Shown piece by piece: positions 25,327-35,147 of a DNA stretch of 64,000 nt. The position numbers and the translations under genes are program-made. The DNA comes from a virus. Its lineage: Duplodnaviria; Caudoviricetes. Each line of letters begins with the position of its first letter. Position 1 is the stretch's first letter. The stretch covers positions 10,454-74,453 of the IMG/VR virus record IMGVR_UViG_3300048579_000388; one strand, given 5' to 3'. The notes under the pieces were generated by a model. That model was not told where the DNA came from and searched no databases. It saw only the letters and a program-made list of their open reading frames with translations.

Positions 25327-26552
25327 GCACCGCTATTGACCTATTCATCGAAGAAGCACGCGGCGTCTCGGTCACCGAGGCGGCGAAGATTGCGGGCTAC
25401 AACCTCAAAGGCAAGAACTTTGCTGGGCCGTGCCCGGCCTGTGGCGGCGACGACCGTTTCTCGATCAGCGCACGGCACCAAGCGTGGAATTGCCGCGGTT
25501 GCGGCAAGGGCGGGCGCGACGGGATCGGGCTGATTGCTTTGGTGAATGGATACGACCTGCATAGTCGCGCGGGGTTTCTGACTGCCTGCGCCGAGCTGAC
25601 TGGCAAAGCGATCCCTGAGGGTGGCGAGGTGGAAACCGACGCTGACAAGAGGGACCGCGAGGCACGGCTGGCGGAGCGCAAGGCCGAGAATGCCAAGGCG
25701 GCAGCCAACCAGGCGCGGCAGGAAAATGAATGGCGAGACAAGGAGATGGCCAAGGCGCGCGGGATCTATCTCCATGCGCCTGAGGATCCATGCGCTGACG
25801 TGGTCGAGTATCTGAGGCTCCGGACCGGGTTTGAGATGCATCCGGCGGTGTTCCTCTCCATCCGCGGTATCGAGCGTTGCACCTATTGGCACGGCAAGGA
25901 CGATCGCGGCTATGAACAGGCCTGGCACACCGGCCCGGCCATGGTGGCGCCCTTCATCACCCTCGAGCGCAAGATCACGGGATGCCACCAGACATGGATC
26001 GACCTCGGCAATAAGGGCCGCAAATATCGGCCCGATCTCGGCGTCGACGACAAGGGCAAGCCGCTTCCGCCAAAGAAGATGCGCGGCACGAAAAAGGGAT
26101 CCCTGATCCCACTGTTCGGGCTGATGACGGCAGCGCGCTGGGTTGGGGGTGAGGGCATCGAGAACGGTCTCGCCATTGCCGGCAGCGAAGGGTTTCGCGA
26201 GGACAGTTTCTATTTCGCAGCCGGTGATCTCGGCAATCTCGCCGGGCCGCGCGACCCGGCCTCCGATTTCTTTCACCCTGAGCTCGTCAAGGAAGATGCG
26301 CGCGGTCGGATGCGGCGCGTGAAAGTCGAGGGGCCAGTCCCGCTCCCGGATCGGTCGGCCGATGACGCAATGCAGGTGCCCGAACACGTCACCGAGCTGA
26401 TCCTGATCGGGGATGGAGACAGTGAGCCCGTGGCGACGGCCTCGAAGATGCTGCGAGCGCAGACGCGGTTCTCGCGGCCGGGGCGGGATGTTTTCGAATG
26501 GCCGGCGCCGCCCGGCTTTGATTTTGCGGGACTGATGGCGGTCCGGGGATAG
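25323..26552 (+). CDS. Primase-like protein (zinc-finger + Toprim-like domain)
   Basis: GPCPACGGDDRFS...WNCRGCG; GGEGIENG; LILIGDGDS. Confidence 0.85.
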   Translation: MSTAIDLFIEEARGVSVTEAAKIAGYNLKGKNFAGPCPACGGDDRFSISARHQAWNCRGCGKGGRDGIGLIALVNGYDLHSRAGFLTACAELTGKAIPEGGEVETDADKRDREARLAERKAENAKAAANQARQENEWRDKEMAKARGIYLHAPEDPCADVVEYLRLRTGFEMHPAVFLSIRGIERCTYWHGKDDRGYEQAWHTGPAMVAPFITLERKITGCHQTWIDLGNKGRKYRPDLGVDDKGKPLPPKKMRGTKKGSLIPLFGLMTAARWVGGEGIENGLAIAGSEGFREDSFYFAAGDLGNLAGPRDPASDFFHPELVKEDARGRMRRVKVEGPVPLPDRSADDAMQVPEHVTELILIGDGDSEPVATASKMLRAQTRFSRPGRDVFEWPAPPGFDFAGLMAVRG

Positions 26553-26556
26553 GGGA

Positions 26557-28575
26557 ATGGCAGACAAGAAGAAGACGCCCGAACTGCCTGAGGCGGTGCG
26601 GGCCAAGATTGCCGAGCGCGCGGCCGGCTTCATGCCCGTCGTCGAGCCGATCGCGGTCGAGGCGCCTGAGATCGAGGAACAGCGCCTCGAGCTCTCGCCG
26701 AAAGAGATTCTGGAGGAATGCGCTCGCGAACCGGAAACCGATATCGGCAATGCGAGGCGACTGCTGACCCGGTTCGGCGACAGCATCATGAGTGTCACGC
26801 GTGTTGGGTTCTTTGGCTATGACGGGCAGAAGTGGGTTGAAGACGAATCCGGAGCCGTTGTGCGCCGCCTCGCCCATATCACCGCCGAATTCATTGACGA
26901 GGAGGCAATCCTACTCGATTGCCCGCCAGAGGAGCAGGCCGACATCGAGGCCGGGCGCCTTGCGCTCGAAGAGATGCGCGCCATGGGCAAGCCGCCGGCC
27001 GTCTCCAGCCAGATCGACGACGAACGCATGGCCGAGCTCGACGAGTTGATCGAGGATGGCAAGGATGCCGAAGTCGAGAAGGTCAAGCTCGGGCCGGCCA
27101 AGGCGGACTGGGACGACGGGCTCTTCGACCTGCTTCGCGGTGTGAAGGAGAGGATCAAGCTCGGCAAGGAAGCCGAACGGCAGAAGAAGAAGATGGTCGA
27201 CGCAACGTCAGCGTGGACCGATGCCGATTACGTGAAATATGCCGAACTCGAGGCCAGCGTCGAACGCATGGACGTCGCGCAGCGGGCGCGCGACGGCCGG
27301 ATCTCGACCCGGCACACATTTGCCAAATCATCCGCCGGCACCAACCGCATCAACAATATGCTGGAGGAGGTGCGGCCCTATTGCTCGGTGAAGGTCGACG
27401 AGCTCAATCGCGAGACGCATGCGGTCAACACGCGATCGGGCACGCTCAGGTTCTTCACCGTGCAGCACGAAGGCAAGCGCGTCTGGCGCCTCAGGATGGA
27501 TCCTCATCGCGCAATCGACAGGATCTCGAAAATGGCGGAAGTGGCTTTCGACCCGAAGGCGGTGTGCCCTCAATTCGAGCGTTTCTTGACCTTCATGCAT
27601 CCGAATCCTGACATACGCTCATTCCTGCAGCGTTTTTTCGGCTATAGCCTGCTTGGGATCACGTCGGAGCAGATCCTGCTATTCTTCTATGGCGCGGGCA
27701 ATAACGGCAAGTCGACACTGCTCAAGATCATTACCGATATTCTCGCCGATTATGCCGTCACCATGTCGATCGACAGCTTTGCCGGCGAGGGCAAGCGTGG
27801 AGGCGCCGAGGCGACGCCGGATCTCGCCCGCCTGCCATCCGCGCGTCTTGTGGTGGCTTCCGAACCGGAAGAGGGCGTGAAGCTCAAGGACGCACTGATT
27901 AAACTCCTGACCGGCGGCACCAAGATACCGGCGCGACGCCTGCATGAGGACTTCTTCGAGTTCCTGCCGGCCTTCAAGATGGTGATCGACGGCAACCACA
28001 AGCCGGTCATTCGCGACAATTCGGACGGCACGTGGCGGCGCGTCAAGCTGGTGCATTTCGCGATCCAGATCACCAAGGAGCAGATAGATCGCGGATTGCC
28101 CGCGAGGCTGATGACCGAGAGCGCAGGGATCTTCGCCTGGATGGTGCGTGGCGCTCTCGACTATCTCAACGAGGGCCTGAGGATCCCGCAGGCCGTGGAG
28201 CTCGCCACGGCGGCTTATCGCGAGGAAAGTGATCCCGTCGGTGCCTTCATCCGCAATGCCTGCCTGGTGACCGGGGAGGATAAGGATTGGGCCACGCCAG
28301 AGGAGCTGTTCAACGCCTACCTGGTCTATGCCAAGCGCGAGGGCCTGTTCCTCTTCAACGGCAACACCTTCTCTAAGCGTGTCGTCGAGCAGACGATGAA
28401 AGCATGGGAAGGGCCTGATGGGCATATGCATCAGTTCACGCGCAAGCGGAACAACGGCTCGCGCTACTGCGGCATCCTGATCCGCGATGAATATCGGCGG
28501 GGCCGGCAGGATGGTCCGCCCGATGACGACGACATGCCACCCGTGCCGAACTACGACGAGGAGTTCAATCCATGA
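26557..28575 (+). CDS. P4-family/D5-like primase-helicase (SF3 ATPase)
   Basis: YGAGNNGKST (Walker A), ARLVVASEPEEG, KLLTGG, GNHKP, WRRVKLVHF. Confidence 0.92.
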   Translation: MADKKKTPELPEAVRAKIAERAAGFMPVVEPIAVEAPEIEEQRLELSPKEILEECAREPETDIGNARRLLTRFGDSIMSVTRVGFFGYDGQKWVEDESGAVVRRLAHITAEFIDEEAILLDCPPEEQADIEAGRLALEEMRAMGKPPAVSSQIDDERMAELDELIEDGKDAEVEKVKLGPAKADWDDGLFDLLRGVKERIKLGKEAERQKKKMVDATSAWTDADYVKYAELEASVERMDVAQRARDGRISTRHTFAKSSAGTNRINNMLEEVRPYCSVKVDELNRETHAVNTRSGTLRFFTVQHEGKRVWRLRMDPHRAIDRISKMAEVAFDPKAVCPQFERFLTFMHPNPDIRSFLQRFFGYSLLGITSEQILLFFYGAGNNGKSTLLKIITDILADYAVTMSIDSFAGEGKRGGAEATPDLARLPSARLVVASEPEEGVKLKDALIKLLTGGTKIPARRLHEDFFEFLPAFKMVIDGNHKPVIRDNSDGTWRRVKLVHFAIQITKEQIDRGLPARLMTESAGIFAWMVRGALDYLNEGLRIPQAVELATAAYREESDPVGAFIRNACLVTGEDKDWATPEELFNAYLVYAKREGLFLFNGNTFSKRVVEQTMKAWEGPDGHMHQFTRKRNNGSRYCGILIRDEYRRGRQDGPPDDDDMPPVPNYDEEFNP

Positions 28576-28668
28576 TCCTCATCCGCGATTACCCGGACCC
28601 TTTGTCGGACGGGACGGGCAGCATTTGCCATTTGCGGCCCGTCCTGCCCACTTCAAGGGGTCCGGGGA

Positions 28669-28998
28669 ACGGACAGGACGGACAGGTGATGGCAGGCAGC
28701 ACGGACAGGTCAGCGGGAACGGGAAGGCAAGAAAAGCGAATGAAATCAATGATAGCGGACAGGACGGACAGGACGGACAGGATATTGTCGCCTTACGCTA
28801 CGCGCGTTGAAGAAGCGGTGAAGAAAAAATCTAGATCCGGCGGCTGAGAATTTTTTGAAACTTGGGGCGCAGCGCCATGGCGTAAGGCGCGACAACCTGT
28901 CCGTCCTGTCCGTCCTGTCCGTTGGCGTTGAATTTATTGAGAAATCAGGATGGCCGTCCTGTCCGTTGAGAATGGGGCTACGTGTCCGTCCTGTCCGT
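28669..28998. repeat. Convergent array of 9-bp ACGGACAGG iterons with a 26-bp perfect inverted repeat (candidate origin)
   Basis: CGGACAGGACGGACAGGACGGACAGG at 28756-28781, its exact complement at 28896-28921, and extra units on both flanks. Confidence 0.75.
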
Positions 28999-29020
28999 TA
29001 TGACACTCAGGGGAAGCACT

Positions 29021-29809
29021 ATGAGATTGATATCCATCGAAAACTTGCTGATTTGGGCATTCACTTCAGAACTTCCCAAGGTATGGGCGGGTGTGAGCGG
29101 TATTCCGGGGTTCAGCCCGAGCGATGTCATGGTTCAGATGATGGAACTGGGAACCTCGATCGACAAAAGCCCCAACGGGTTTGGAGTAGTCTCGGGCTAC
29201 ATCTATGAGGGCGAGCCTCATCCGGATGCTCTGATCGTCGGGCAAGTCGTCAAGCAGCTCGCTGACCGGGATGGCTTCGAAGTCGGGGATGGTTGGAGAC
29301 CTTTCCCAGAGTGGGAGGATCCCCATGGACTGATCTCAGCTCAAGTTGCCCAGGTCGTAGCGGCCGAAATAGGACGTGGCGGCAGGATGAATGGAAAGCA
29401 GGTCGTCAATCTGGTGACATCGGCGGCAATCATGAAACGAGGTCCGGACTGGCGCGCTGAAGAGCCCAAGGCTATTGTCATGAAAGCGAACGGCCGGGAC
29501 AGCAGTTGGTATATCAAGAAATCGAAGATCAACCGCCGCAGCGGCGTCCTGCAGGACTACGAAGAGGATGGCTTCGACCATAAGGCCAGGAGGCCGAAGC
29601 CAGGAGCATACCAAAAGTTCCGTCTCAATCGGGCGATCCGCGCCGACATTGTCGCGCGCCTTGAATGGCAAGTGTGGCAATCGGCGCTGGAGATCCTCGC
29701 CGAAGCGCTAAAAGGCCGACTCTCGGACCACGAAATCGCTCCCTTCCGACCAAACCGCGCGCCATGGCTTGCGTCTCAAAGAACAATTGAGACGCTAGAC
29801 CGGGTCTAA
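29021..29809 (+). CDS. Conserved phage protein at the early/late boundary (possible late regulator)
   Basis: GGGAAG SD; 262-aa ORF; role inferred from position only. Confidence 0.65.
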   Translation: MRLISIENLLIWAFTSELPKVWAGVSGIPGFSPSDVMVQMMELGTSIDKSPNGFGVVSGYIYEGEPHPDALIVGQVVKQLADRDGFEVGDGWRPFPEWEDPHGLISAQVAQVVAAEIGRGGRMNGKQVVNLVTSAAIMKRGPDWRAEEPKAIVMKANGRDSSWYIKKSKINRRSGVLQDYEEDGFDHKARRPKPGAYQKFRLNRAIRADIVARLEWQVWQSALEILAEALKGRLSDHEIAPFRPNRAPWLASQRTIETLDRV

Positions 29810-29929
29810 TTCTCGGCCTTTTGGGCATTTGACTGCGACTGATATTTGGCGCATCTTATGGACAGTGAAAAAGGTCAAACCAACCCGCTACCGGAAACGG
29901 CGGCGGGTTTCGCATTTCCGGGCGTCGTC

Positions 29930-30514
29930 ATGAGCATGTTGAGGCTGCGCTGGCAGGACATTTCCGGCCTGAAGCGCGTCGAAAATGCCATGGGACGGCT
30001 GTCGAGCGACGAGAAATACACCGTCTTCCGACGCGCCATCAATCACACGGGCGATAAGGCCAAGACTGTCGTTATTCGCGAACTCGCGGCGCAGACAGGT
30101 CTGAAGCAAAAGGTCATCCGCAAGGCCGTCAAGGTCAAGCGCGCGAACTTCGATGCGCTCGAATATGTGATGACCACGCGCGGTGGCGACGTTTCGTTGA
30201 AGTTCTTCGGCGCACGCGAGACCCGCAAGGGTGTGACCGCCGCACCATTCGGCAATCGCCAGCTCTTCGCAGGCGCCTTCATGAAGGGCGGCCGCTTCCC
30301 CAACCGGGTGACGGCAAAGGGTTTGAACGGCCACGTCTATCGACGGGAAGGCAAGGGTCGCGGCCCGCTGGAGTTCGTGGACAGTGGCGTCATCATCCCG
30401 GCCGATATGGTCAAGGGCGCGACTGCCTCGGCCTTCTTCGACGTCGTCAACCGCGAGCTGCCCGCCCGCGTGATGCACGAGATCGGCTTCCTCGCCCCAG
30501 GCATCTTCGGATAG
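29930..30514 (+). CDS. Lambda gpZ-like minor tail protein, placed upstream of terminase
   Basis: RRAINHTGDKAKT...LAAQTGLKQKVIRKAVKVKRA pattern. Confidence 0.65.
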   Translation: MSMLRLRWQDISGLKRVENAMGRLSSDEKYTVFRRAINHTGDKAKTVVIRELAAQTGLKQKVIRKAVKVKRANFDALEYVMTTRGGDVSLKFFGARETRKGVTAAPFGNRQLFAGAFMKGGRFPNRVTAKGLNGHVYRREGKGRGPLEFVDSGVIIPADMVKGATASAFFDVVNRELPARVMHEIGFLAPGIFG

Positions 30515-30692
30515 GGGCGAGAGGGGCGTCGGGGAGGGGGTACCCACCCCCCCCCGGGGGGGCAAGGGACCGTACCCCTCAATCGACCCACCACGGGCGG
30601 AGAAGCGCCCGGATTTCTTCCAGATTTAGACCCTCCAAAATTGGGTTGTCAGGGTTGTCAAGGTTGACAACTGAGGTTGTCAGGTTGTCGCG
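30515..30692. promoter_or_regulatory. Candidate cos/packaging region with G/C tracts and five GGTTG(T/A)C(A/G) repeats
   Basis: Repeats at 30644, 30653, 30662, 30675 and 30683; inverted repeat GTTGTCAA-GG-TTGACAAC at 30654-30671; directly before terS. Confidence 0.55.
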
Positions 30693-31295
30693 ATGAACGA
30701 TCCATCACTGATCATGTGGTCGGCGGTCGAGATCGCTGGCCGCGATGGTGTGTCGAAGCAGGCGGTGTCGAAACAGATCAAGGCTTTGCTCGATGCGAAG
30801 CCGGAAACGCCGGTGGAAGTCGACGGCCGCGGCCGCGTGATGAAGGTGAGCGTTGCGCACTACGACGAGTTTCGTCAGCGCTATGCGAACCCGCTGAAAG
30901 TGTCGGCGCCGCTAAGGCCGATCGAGGGTGATGCACCCAAGGCCCCAGAGACGTCGCCAGGCGACAGCCTCGAGGAGGCGCGGCGGCAGTCGGAATGGCT
31001 GAAGGTCGGCCGCGAGAAGATCAGGCACCAGGAAGAGCTGGGGCAGCTGGTGCGAAAGGACATGATCGCAGAGGCGGTGCGCGTCGCCGGTACCGAGATC
31101 AAGACGGTCATGGGGCGGTTGCAGAACCGGGCCGATGACATCGCGCTCGCGGTGTCGCGCGAGGGTGTCCATGGCGTCCGCGTCATGCTGCGAAAGATTG
31201 CTTTCGAACTCGGCAACGAGGTTTCCGACAAGCTCGGCGCGATTGCAGACGTTGCGCCAGCCACAGATGCGCTGATCGAGGATGGCGAGGAATGA
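30693..31295 (+). CDS. Terminase small subunit (Nu1-like)
   Basis: N-terminal HTH (EIAGRDGVSKQAVSKQ); EELGQLV coiled region; upstream of terL. Confidence 0.8.
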   Translation: MNDPSLIMWSAVEIAGRDGVSKQAVSKQIKALLDAKPETPVEVDGRGRVMKVSVAHYDEFRQRYANPLKVSAPLRPIEGDAPKAPETSPGDSLEEARRQSEWLKVGREKIRHQEELGQLVRKDMIAEAVRVAGTEIKTVMGRLQNRADDIALAVSREGVHGVRVMLRKIAFELGNEVSDKLGAIADVAPATDALIEDGEE

Positions 31296-33271
31296 ACGCA
31301 CATCCCGGCGCGCTGCGCCTGGTGTCCGGTGGTCTTGCCGAAGCGATCCGCCCGGTGCCGCCGCTGCCGTTCTCGTCATGGCTGGCGAAGAACATCATCC
31401 TCGTCGACGGGCCGCGTAAAGGCGAGCTGTGGTCGGCGGTCGATGCGCCATACCTAGTGGAGATTGCGGACTGCCTCGATCTCGAGCATCCCTGCAATCT
31501 GGTCACGGTACGCAAATCGCAGCAGACAGGGGTTTCAATCCTGGCGCTGGCATGGATGCTCTACATCGCCGAGACGGCGCCGGACAATGCACTCTATGGC
31601 GTGCCCGGCATCGACGCACTGCAGGACATCAATAGCGGCAAGATCCAGCCGCTGATCGACGAGTGGCAACGCCATTCGGGCAAGAGCGTGATCTACCCGG
31701 TCAAGGACCGGTCTGGCTCGGGTTCCACGACTTACGAGAAGCGGTTTGCCGGCGGCGCGATCTATCTCGCCAATGCCAACACCGTCATGGACCTGTCGGC
31801 CAAGACCTGCCGCTTCGGCGTTAAAGACGAAGTGTCGAAGTGGCAGCAGCTGCCGAATGGCGCCGATCCCGAAAACCTGTTCTTCGGCCGCTTCACCGCA
31901 TTCCGTCGGCAGAAGACATATAAGATTTTCGAGTTGTCGACGCCCGAGCTCGACAGCGGTGACGCGCTCGGCGAGGGACCTGGTCATTGCCGAATCGACC
32001 GATCGTTTCGGCGGTCAGATCAGCGGTTCTGGCATATTCCTTGCGCCGAATGCGGCCGCGGGCTGGTTCAGAGCCACGAGTTGCTCGTCATCGATCGAAA
32101 GCAACCGTTCAAGACGCTGCTGCGCTGCCCGCATTGCACGCATCACATCTCGGAAATGGAGCGGGTGCACGGTGTGCGGCTCGGGCGCTATGTCCGAACA
32201 TTCGACGAGATCGACCGGCACCCGGGCTTCAATGTCGACGCCTTCATGTCGCTGATGATGAGCTACGAGGCGATTGCCGAGGACTTCATCGCCTTCGAGG
32301 CCAAGGGAGAGGCCGGGGCCAAGGACTATCACAATCTCGTCCTGGCGCTGCCTTATGCGATGAAGGGCAATGCGCCGGATCATCAGAGACTGATGGAGCG
32401 GCGTGAGGCCTATCCATCGCACACGATCCCTGCCGGCGGGTTGATCTTTGTCGCCGGCGCCGACGTGCAGAGCTACGGCATCTATGTCGAGGGCGTCGCC
32501 TTTGCCGAGGACCGGCAAAGCTGGTGCGTCTTCGCCGAGTTCTTCGAGGGCGCGACGGACAATCCGCAGCAGGGGGCATGGAAGTCCTTCTCCGCCTTTG
32601 TCGATCAGGAATTTGTCGACGCGCATGGCGTCTTGCGCAAGCTCGATGCCGTCGCAGTGGATAGCGGCTATCGCACCAACCAGGTGCTGGAATGGTGCCG
32701 CCGCCACCCTAACGCCTATGCGACCAAGGGCATGCCCGGGCGTGGCCAACCGGCGATCAGCGTGCCGAGCCGGAAATCTGTCAAGAAGGGCGGCAAGCGG
32801 CGGCGCTATGGTTCGGCGATGGCCTGGCCAGTCGGTACATGGTCGCTCAAGGCGGAGCTTTACGGCAACCTGCACAAGACCGGTCTGGCAGCCGGCGAGG
32901 AGCGTGACCCGCCCGGCTACTGCCATTTCCATCAGGGGCTCGGCGAGGAATATTTCCACCAGCTCACGGCCGAGTATTTCGAGGCCAAGCTCGTCAAGGG
33001 CAGGCTGAAGGAAGAATGGAAGAAGCGGCGCGAGCATAACCATTATCTCGACTGCAGGATCTACGCCATGGCGATGGCCGAGCATCTTGGCCTATCGCGG
33101 ATGACGAGGGCGGAATGGGATCGGTTGCGCGAGCAGCATGAACCATCGCCGGTCGCTGATCTTCTGTCGCCGGCGCCGATCGTCGTCGCTGCCGAGGTTG
33201 CCGCAAAAACCGCCGTCGCCGTGGCGGTCAAGGAAACGCCACGCGAGAACAGGTGGAAGAAGCGGAAATGA
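31292..33271 (+). CDS. Terminase large subunit (lambda GpA family)
   Basis: KSQQTGVS, KDEVS, STPE, HIPCAEC, AGADVQ, VDSGYRT, NHYLDCRIYA. Confidence 0.95.
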   Translation: MNAHPGALRLVSGGLAEAIRPVPPLPFSSWLAKNIILVDGPRKGELWSAVDAPYLVEIADCLDLEHPCNLVTVRKSQQTGVSILALAWMLYIAETAPDNALYGVPGIDALQDINSGKIQPLIDEWQRHSGKSVIYPVKDRSGSGSTTYEKRFAGGAIYLANANTVMDLSAKTCRFGVKDEVSKWQQLPNGADPENLFFGRFTAFRRQKTYKIFELSTPELDSGDALGEGPGHCRIDRSFRRSDQRFWHIPCAECGRGLVQSHELLVIDRKQPFKTLLRCPHCTHHISEMERVHGVRLGRYVRTFDEIDRHPGFNVDAFMSLMMSYEAIAEDFIAFEAKGEAGAKDYHNLVLALPYAMKGNAPDHQRLMERREAYPSHTIPAGGLIFVAGADVQSYGIYVEGVAFAEDRQSWCVFAEFFEGATDNPQQGAWKSFSAFVDQEFVDAHGVLRKLDAVAVDSGYRTNQVLEWCRRHPNAYATKGMPGRGQPAISVPSRKSVKKGGKRRRYGSAMAWPVGTWSLKAELYGNLHKTGLAAGEERDPPGYCHFHQGLGEEYFHQLTAEYFEAKLVKGRLKEEWKKRREHNHYLDCRIYAMAMAEHLGLSRMTRAEWDRLREQHEPSPVADLLSPAPIVVAAEVAAKTAVAVAVKETPRENRWKKRK

Positions 33272-34872
33272 CGAAGCCGAGGGTGAGGGTGCAGGCGGGG
33301 CGCGCCGTGGCGGGTGTTGAACCCGTGCGGCCGCAGGCGTCCTATCTGCGCGATACACGCTCGGCGGTGATCGCGTCGCGGCCGGCGTCGTTGATGGCGC
33401 ATCGGGACGAAGTCCGGCGGGTGTGGCGGCGGGTCGGGGCGCTCGCCATGGATCTCATCCAGAATTCCGGGCGGCTGCGCGGCGTGGCGGACCAGATGAT
33501 CGCCGACAGCTGCGGCGTCGAGCTCTTGATGAACTACCAGCCGAATCTGCAGCCGTTCGGCTATTCGCCCGAAGAGGCGAAGGCGTTCAAGAAGCTGGTG
33601 CGCGACCACTACCGTGTCTGGTGCTGGGACAAGCGCGAATGCCACGGCAAGGGCGACTGGACGATCCCGCAGCAGGCGGATCTGTCGATCCGCAACTGGC
33701 TCGCCTTTGGCGAGAGCGGCGGGGTAGTCGACTATATGAGCAGCGCCACGAGGGCGCGCTACGGGATCAAGACCGGAACGAAGTATTCGGTGTTCTCGCC
33801 GACCCGCATCGTGCAGGACACGAGCGAGATGGAGGGGATGTTCCAGGGCGTCATCCGCGACCGGAACGGCCGGATCACGGCCTATCGCTGCGAGATGCGC
33901 GAGCGGGGGATCACACGCAAGGTCGACCTGCCGGCCTATGACCGGCAAGGTCGCCAGCTATTCGTGCATGTCTTCGATCCAATGTCGGCCGAGGACGAGC
34001 GCGGGATCTCGCCGCTGGCGGCGACGTTCCGCAAGTATCTGATGGGCGAGAATGTCGACGACGCAACAGCCCAGATGAAGTTCCTGCAGACGATGTATGC
34101 GATCACGCTGACATCGGAAGCGCCGAGCGCCGACGCCTTCGAAGGCCTTGAGGCACTGAAGGAGAATGCGAAGCAGGACGGCGACAAGATCGCTCAAGAC
34201 TTCGTCGATTATTTCTCGGCGCAGCTCGATAAGGCGGCCGAAGGTGAGATCAAGGTCGGCAACGATCCCGGGATTTCGCACCTGGCGCCGGGTGAGAAGC
34301 TCAATTTCGAGCAGCTCAGCGTGCCTGGATCCGATTATACGAGCTTCCGGGCGGCGATCGACCGCGAGACGGCGCGGGCGCTCGGCGTCTCCTATGGCGG
34401 CTATACGCTCGATTTAGAGAATGCGAGCTATGCCTCGACGAACATGGAGAACGCCGTCGTCTATCCGATGGCCGTTCGCCGGACGGAGCGGATCGTTGCG
34501 CCGAACTACCTGGTGCCGTTCGCTAGCTGGCTCGACGAGGCGATCGGCGAGGGCCGGATCGCGTTCAAGGGCGGATACGACGTCTTCACGGCGAACCGCG
34601 AAGCGCTCACCTGGGCCAGCATGGTGCCGCCGCCGCGGCCTTCGGCTGACGACGAGAAGCGCGATCGGGCGGTGACCGAACGGGTGCTCAATGGCACGTC
34701 GACGCTCGAGGTCGAATGCGCCGCGCGCGGGCTCGACCCGGAAGAGGTCTTCGAAAGCCGCGTCATGTGGCACCAGAAGTATATCAAGGCCGGCGTGCCG
34801 AGCCCGTTCGACCGCAAGGCAGGATCGATGCCTTCGCAGGAGGGCAAGGACAACAAGGAGAAGGCGGCGTGA
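33268..34872 (+). CDS. Portal protein, lambda family
   Basis: DLIQNSG, HLAPGEKL, LGVSYGGY...NASYAS, STLEVECAARGLD. Confidence 0.9.
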   Translation: MTKPRVRVQAGRAVAGVEPVRPQASYLRDTRSAVIASRPASLMAHRDEVRRVWRRVGALAMDLIQNSGRLRGVADQMIADSCGVELLMNYQPNLQPFGYSPEEAKAFKKLVRDHYRVWCWDKRECHGKGDWTIPQQADLSIRNWLAFGESGGVVDYMSSATRARYGIKTGTKYSVFSPTRIVQDTSEMEGMFQGVIRDRNGRITAYRCEMRERGITRKVDLPAYDRQGRQLFVHVFDPMSAEDERGISPLAATFRKYLMGENVDDATAQMKFLQTMYAITLTSEAPSADAFEGLEALKENAKQDGDKIAQDFVDYFSAQLDKAAEGEIKVGNDPGISHLAPGEKLNFEQLSVPGSDYTSFRAAIDRETARALGVSYGGYTLDLENASYASTNMENAVVYPMAVRRTERIVAPNYLVPFASWLDEAIGEGRIAFKGGYDVFTANREALTWASMVPPPRPSADDEKRDRAVTERVLNGTSTLEVECAARGLDPEEVFESRVMWHQKYIKAGVPSPFDRKAGSMPSQEGKDNKEKAA

Positions 34873-35135
34873 GCACGGTGACCATAAACGGCGCCGCCGT
34901 CGACATGGACGATTCCTGCGCGCTCTATCAGGCGCTCTATGCCGTCAAGCTCAAGATCCTCTCCGGCGAGCATGTCGAGGAAATCTCGATCCAGTCGCCG
35001 GTCAGCCGCGAAATGATGCGGGTGAGTGCCGCCAACATGGCGCAGCTCGACAAGGAACTGCTGCGGCTTGGGGCCGCCTGCACAGCGAAAACGACGGGCA
35101 AGCGTGCCCGGTACCGCAAAGTCATGCGGTATTGA
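34869..35135 (+). CDS. Head-tail joining protein (gpW-like)
   Basis: 88 aa; ALYAVKLKILSGEHVEEISI...ANMAQLDKELLRL. Confidence 0.7.
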   Translation: MSTVTINGAAVDMDDSCALYQALYAVKLKILSGEHVEEISIQSPVSREMMRVSAANMAQLDKELLRLGAACTAKTTGKRARYRKVMRY

Positions 35136-35147
35136 CGAGGTAGATCG

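Noticed and set aside
28572-29208. ORFs 28572-28847 and 28855-29208
   Set aside because: They translate the iteron repeats (DRTDRTDR, LSVLSVLSV) and are probably incidental, although the first has an ATGA overlap with the primase-helicase stop.
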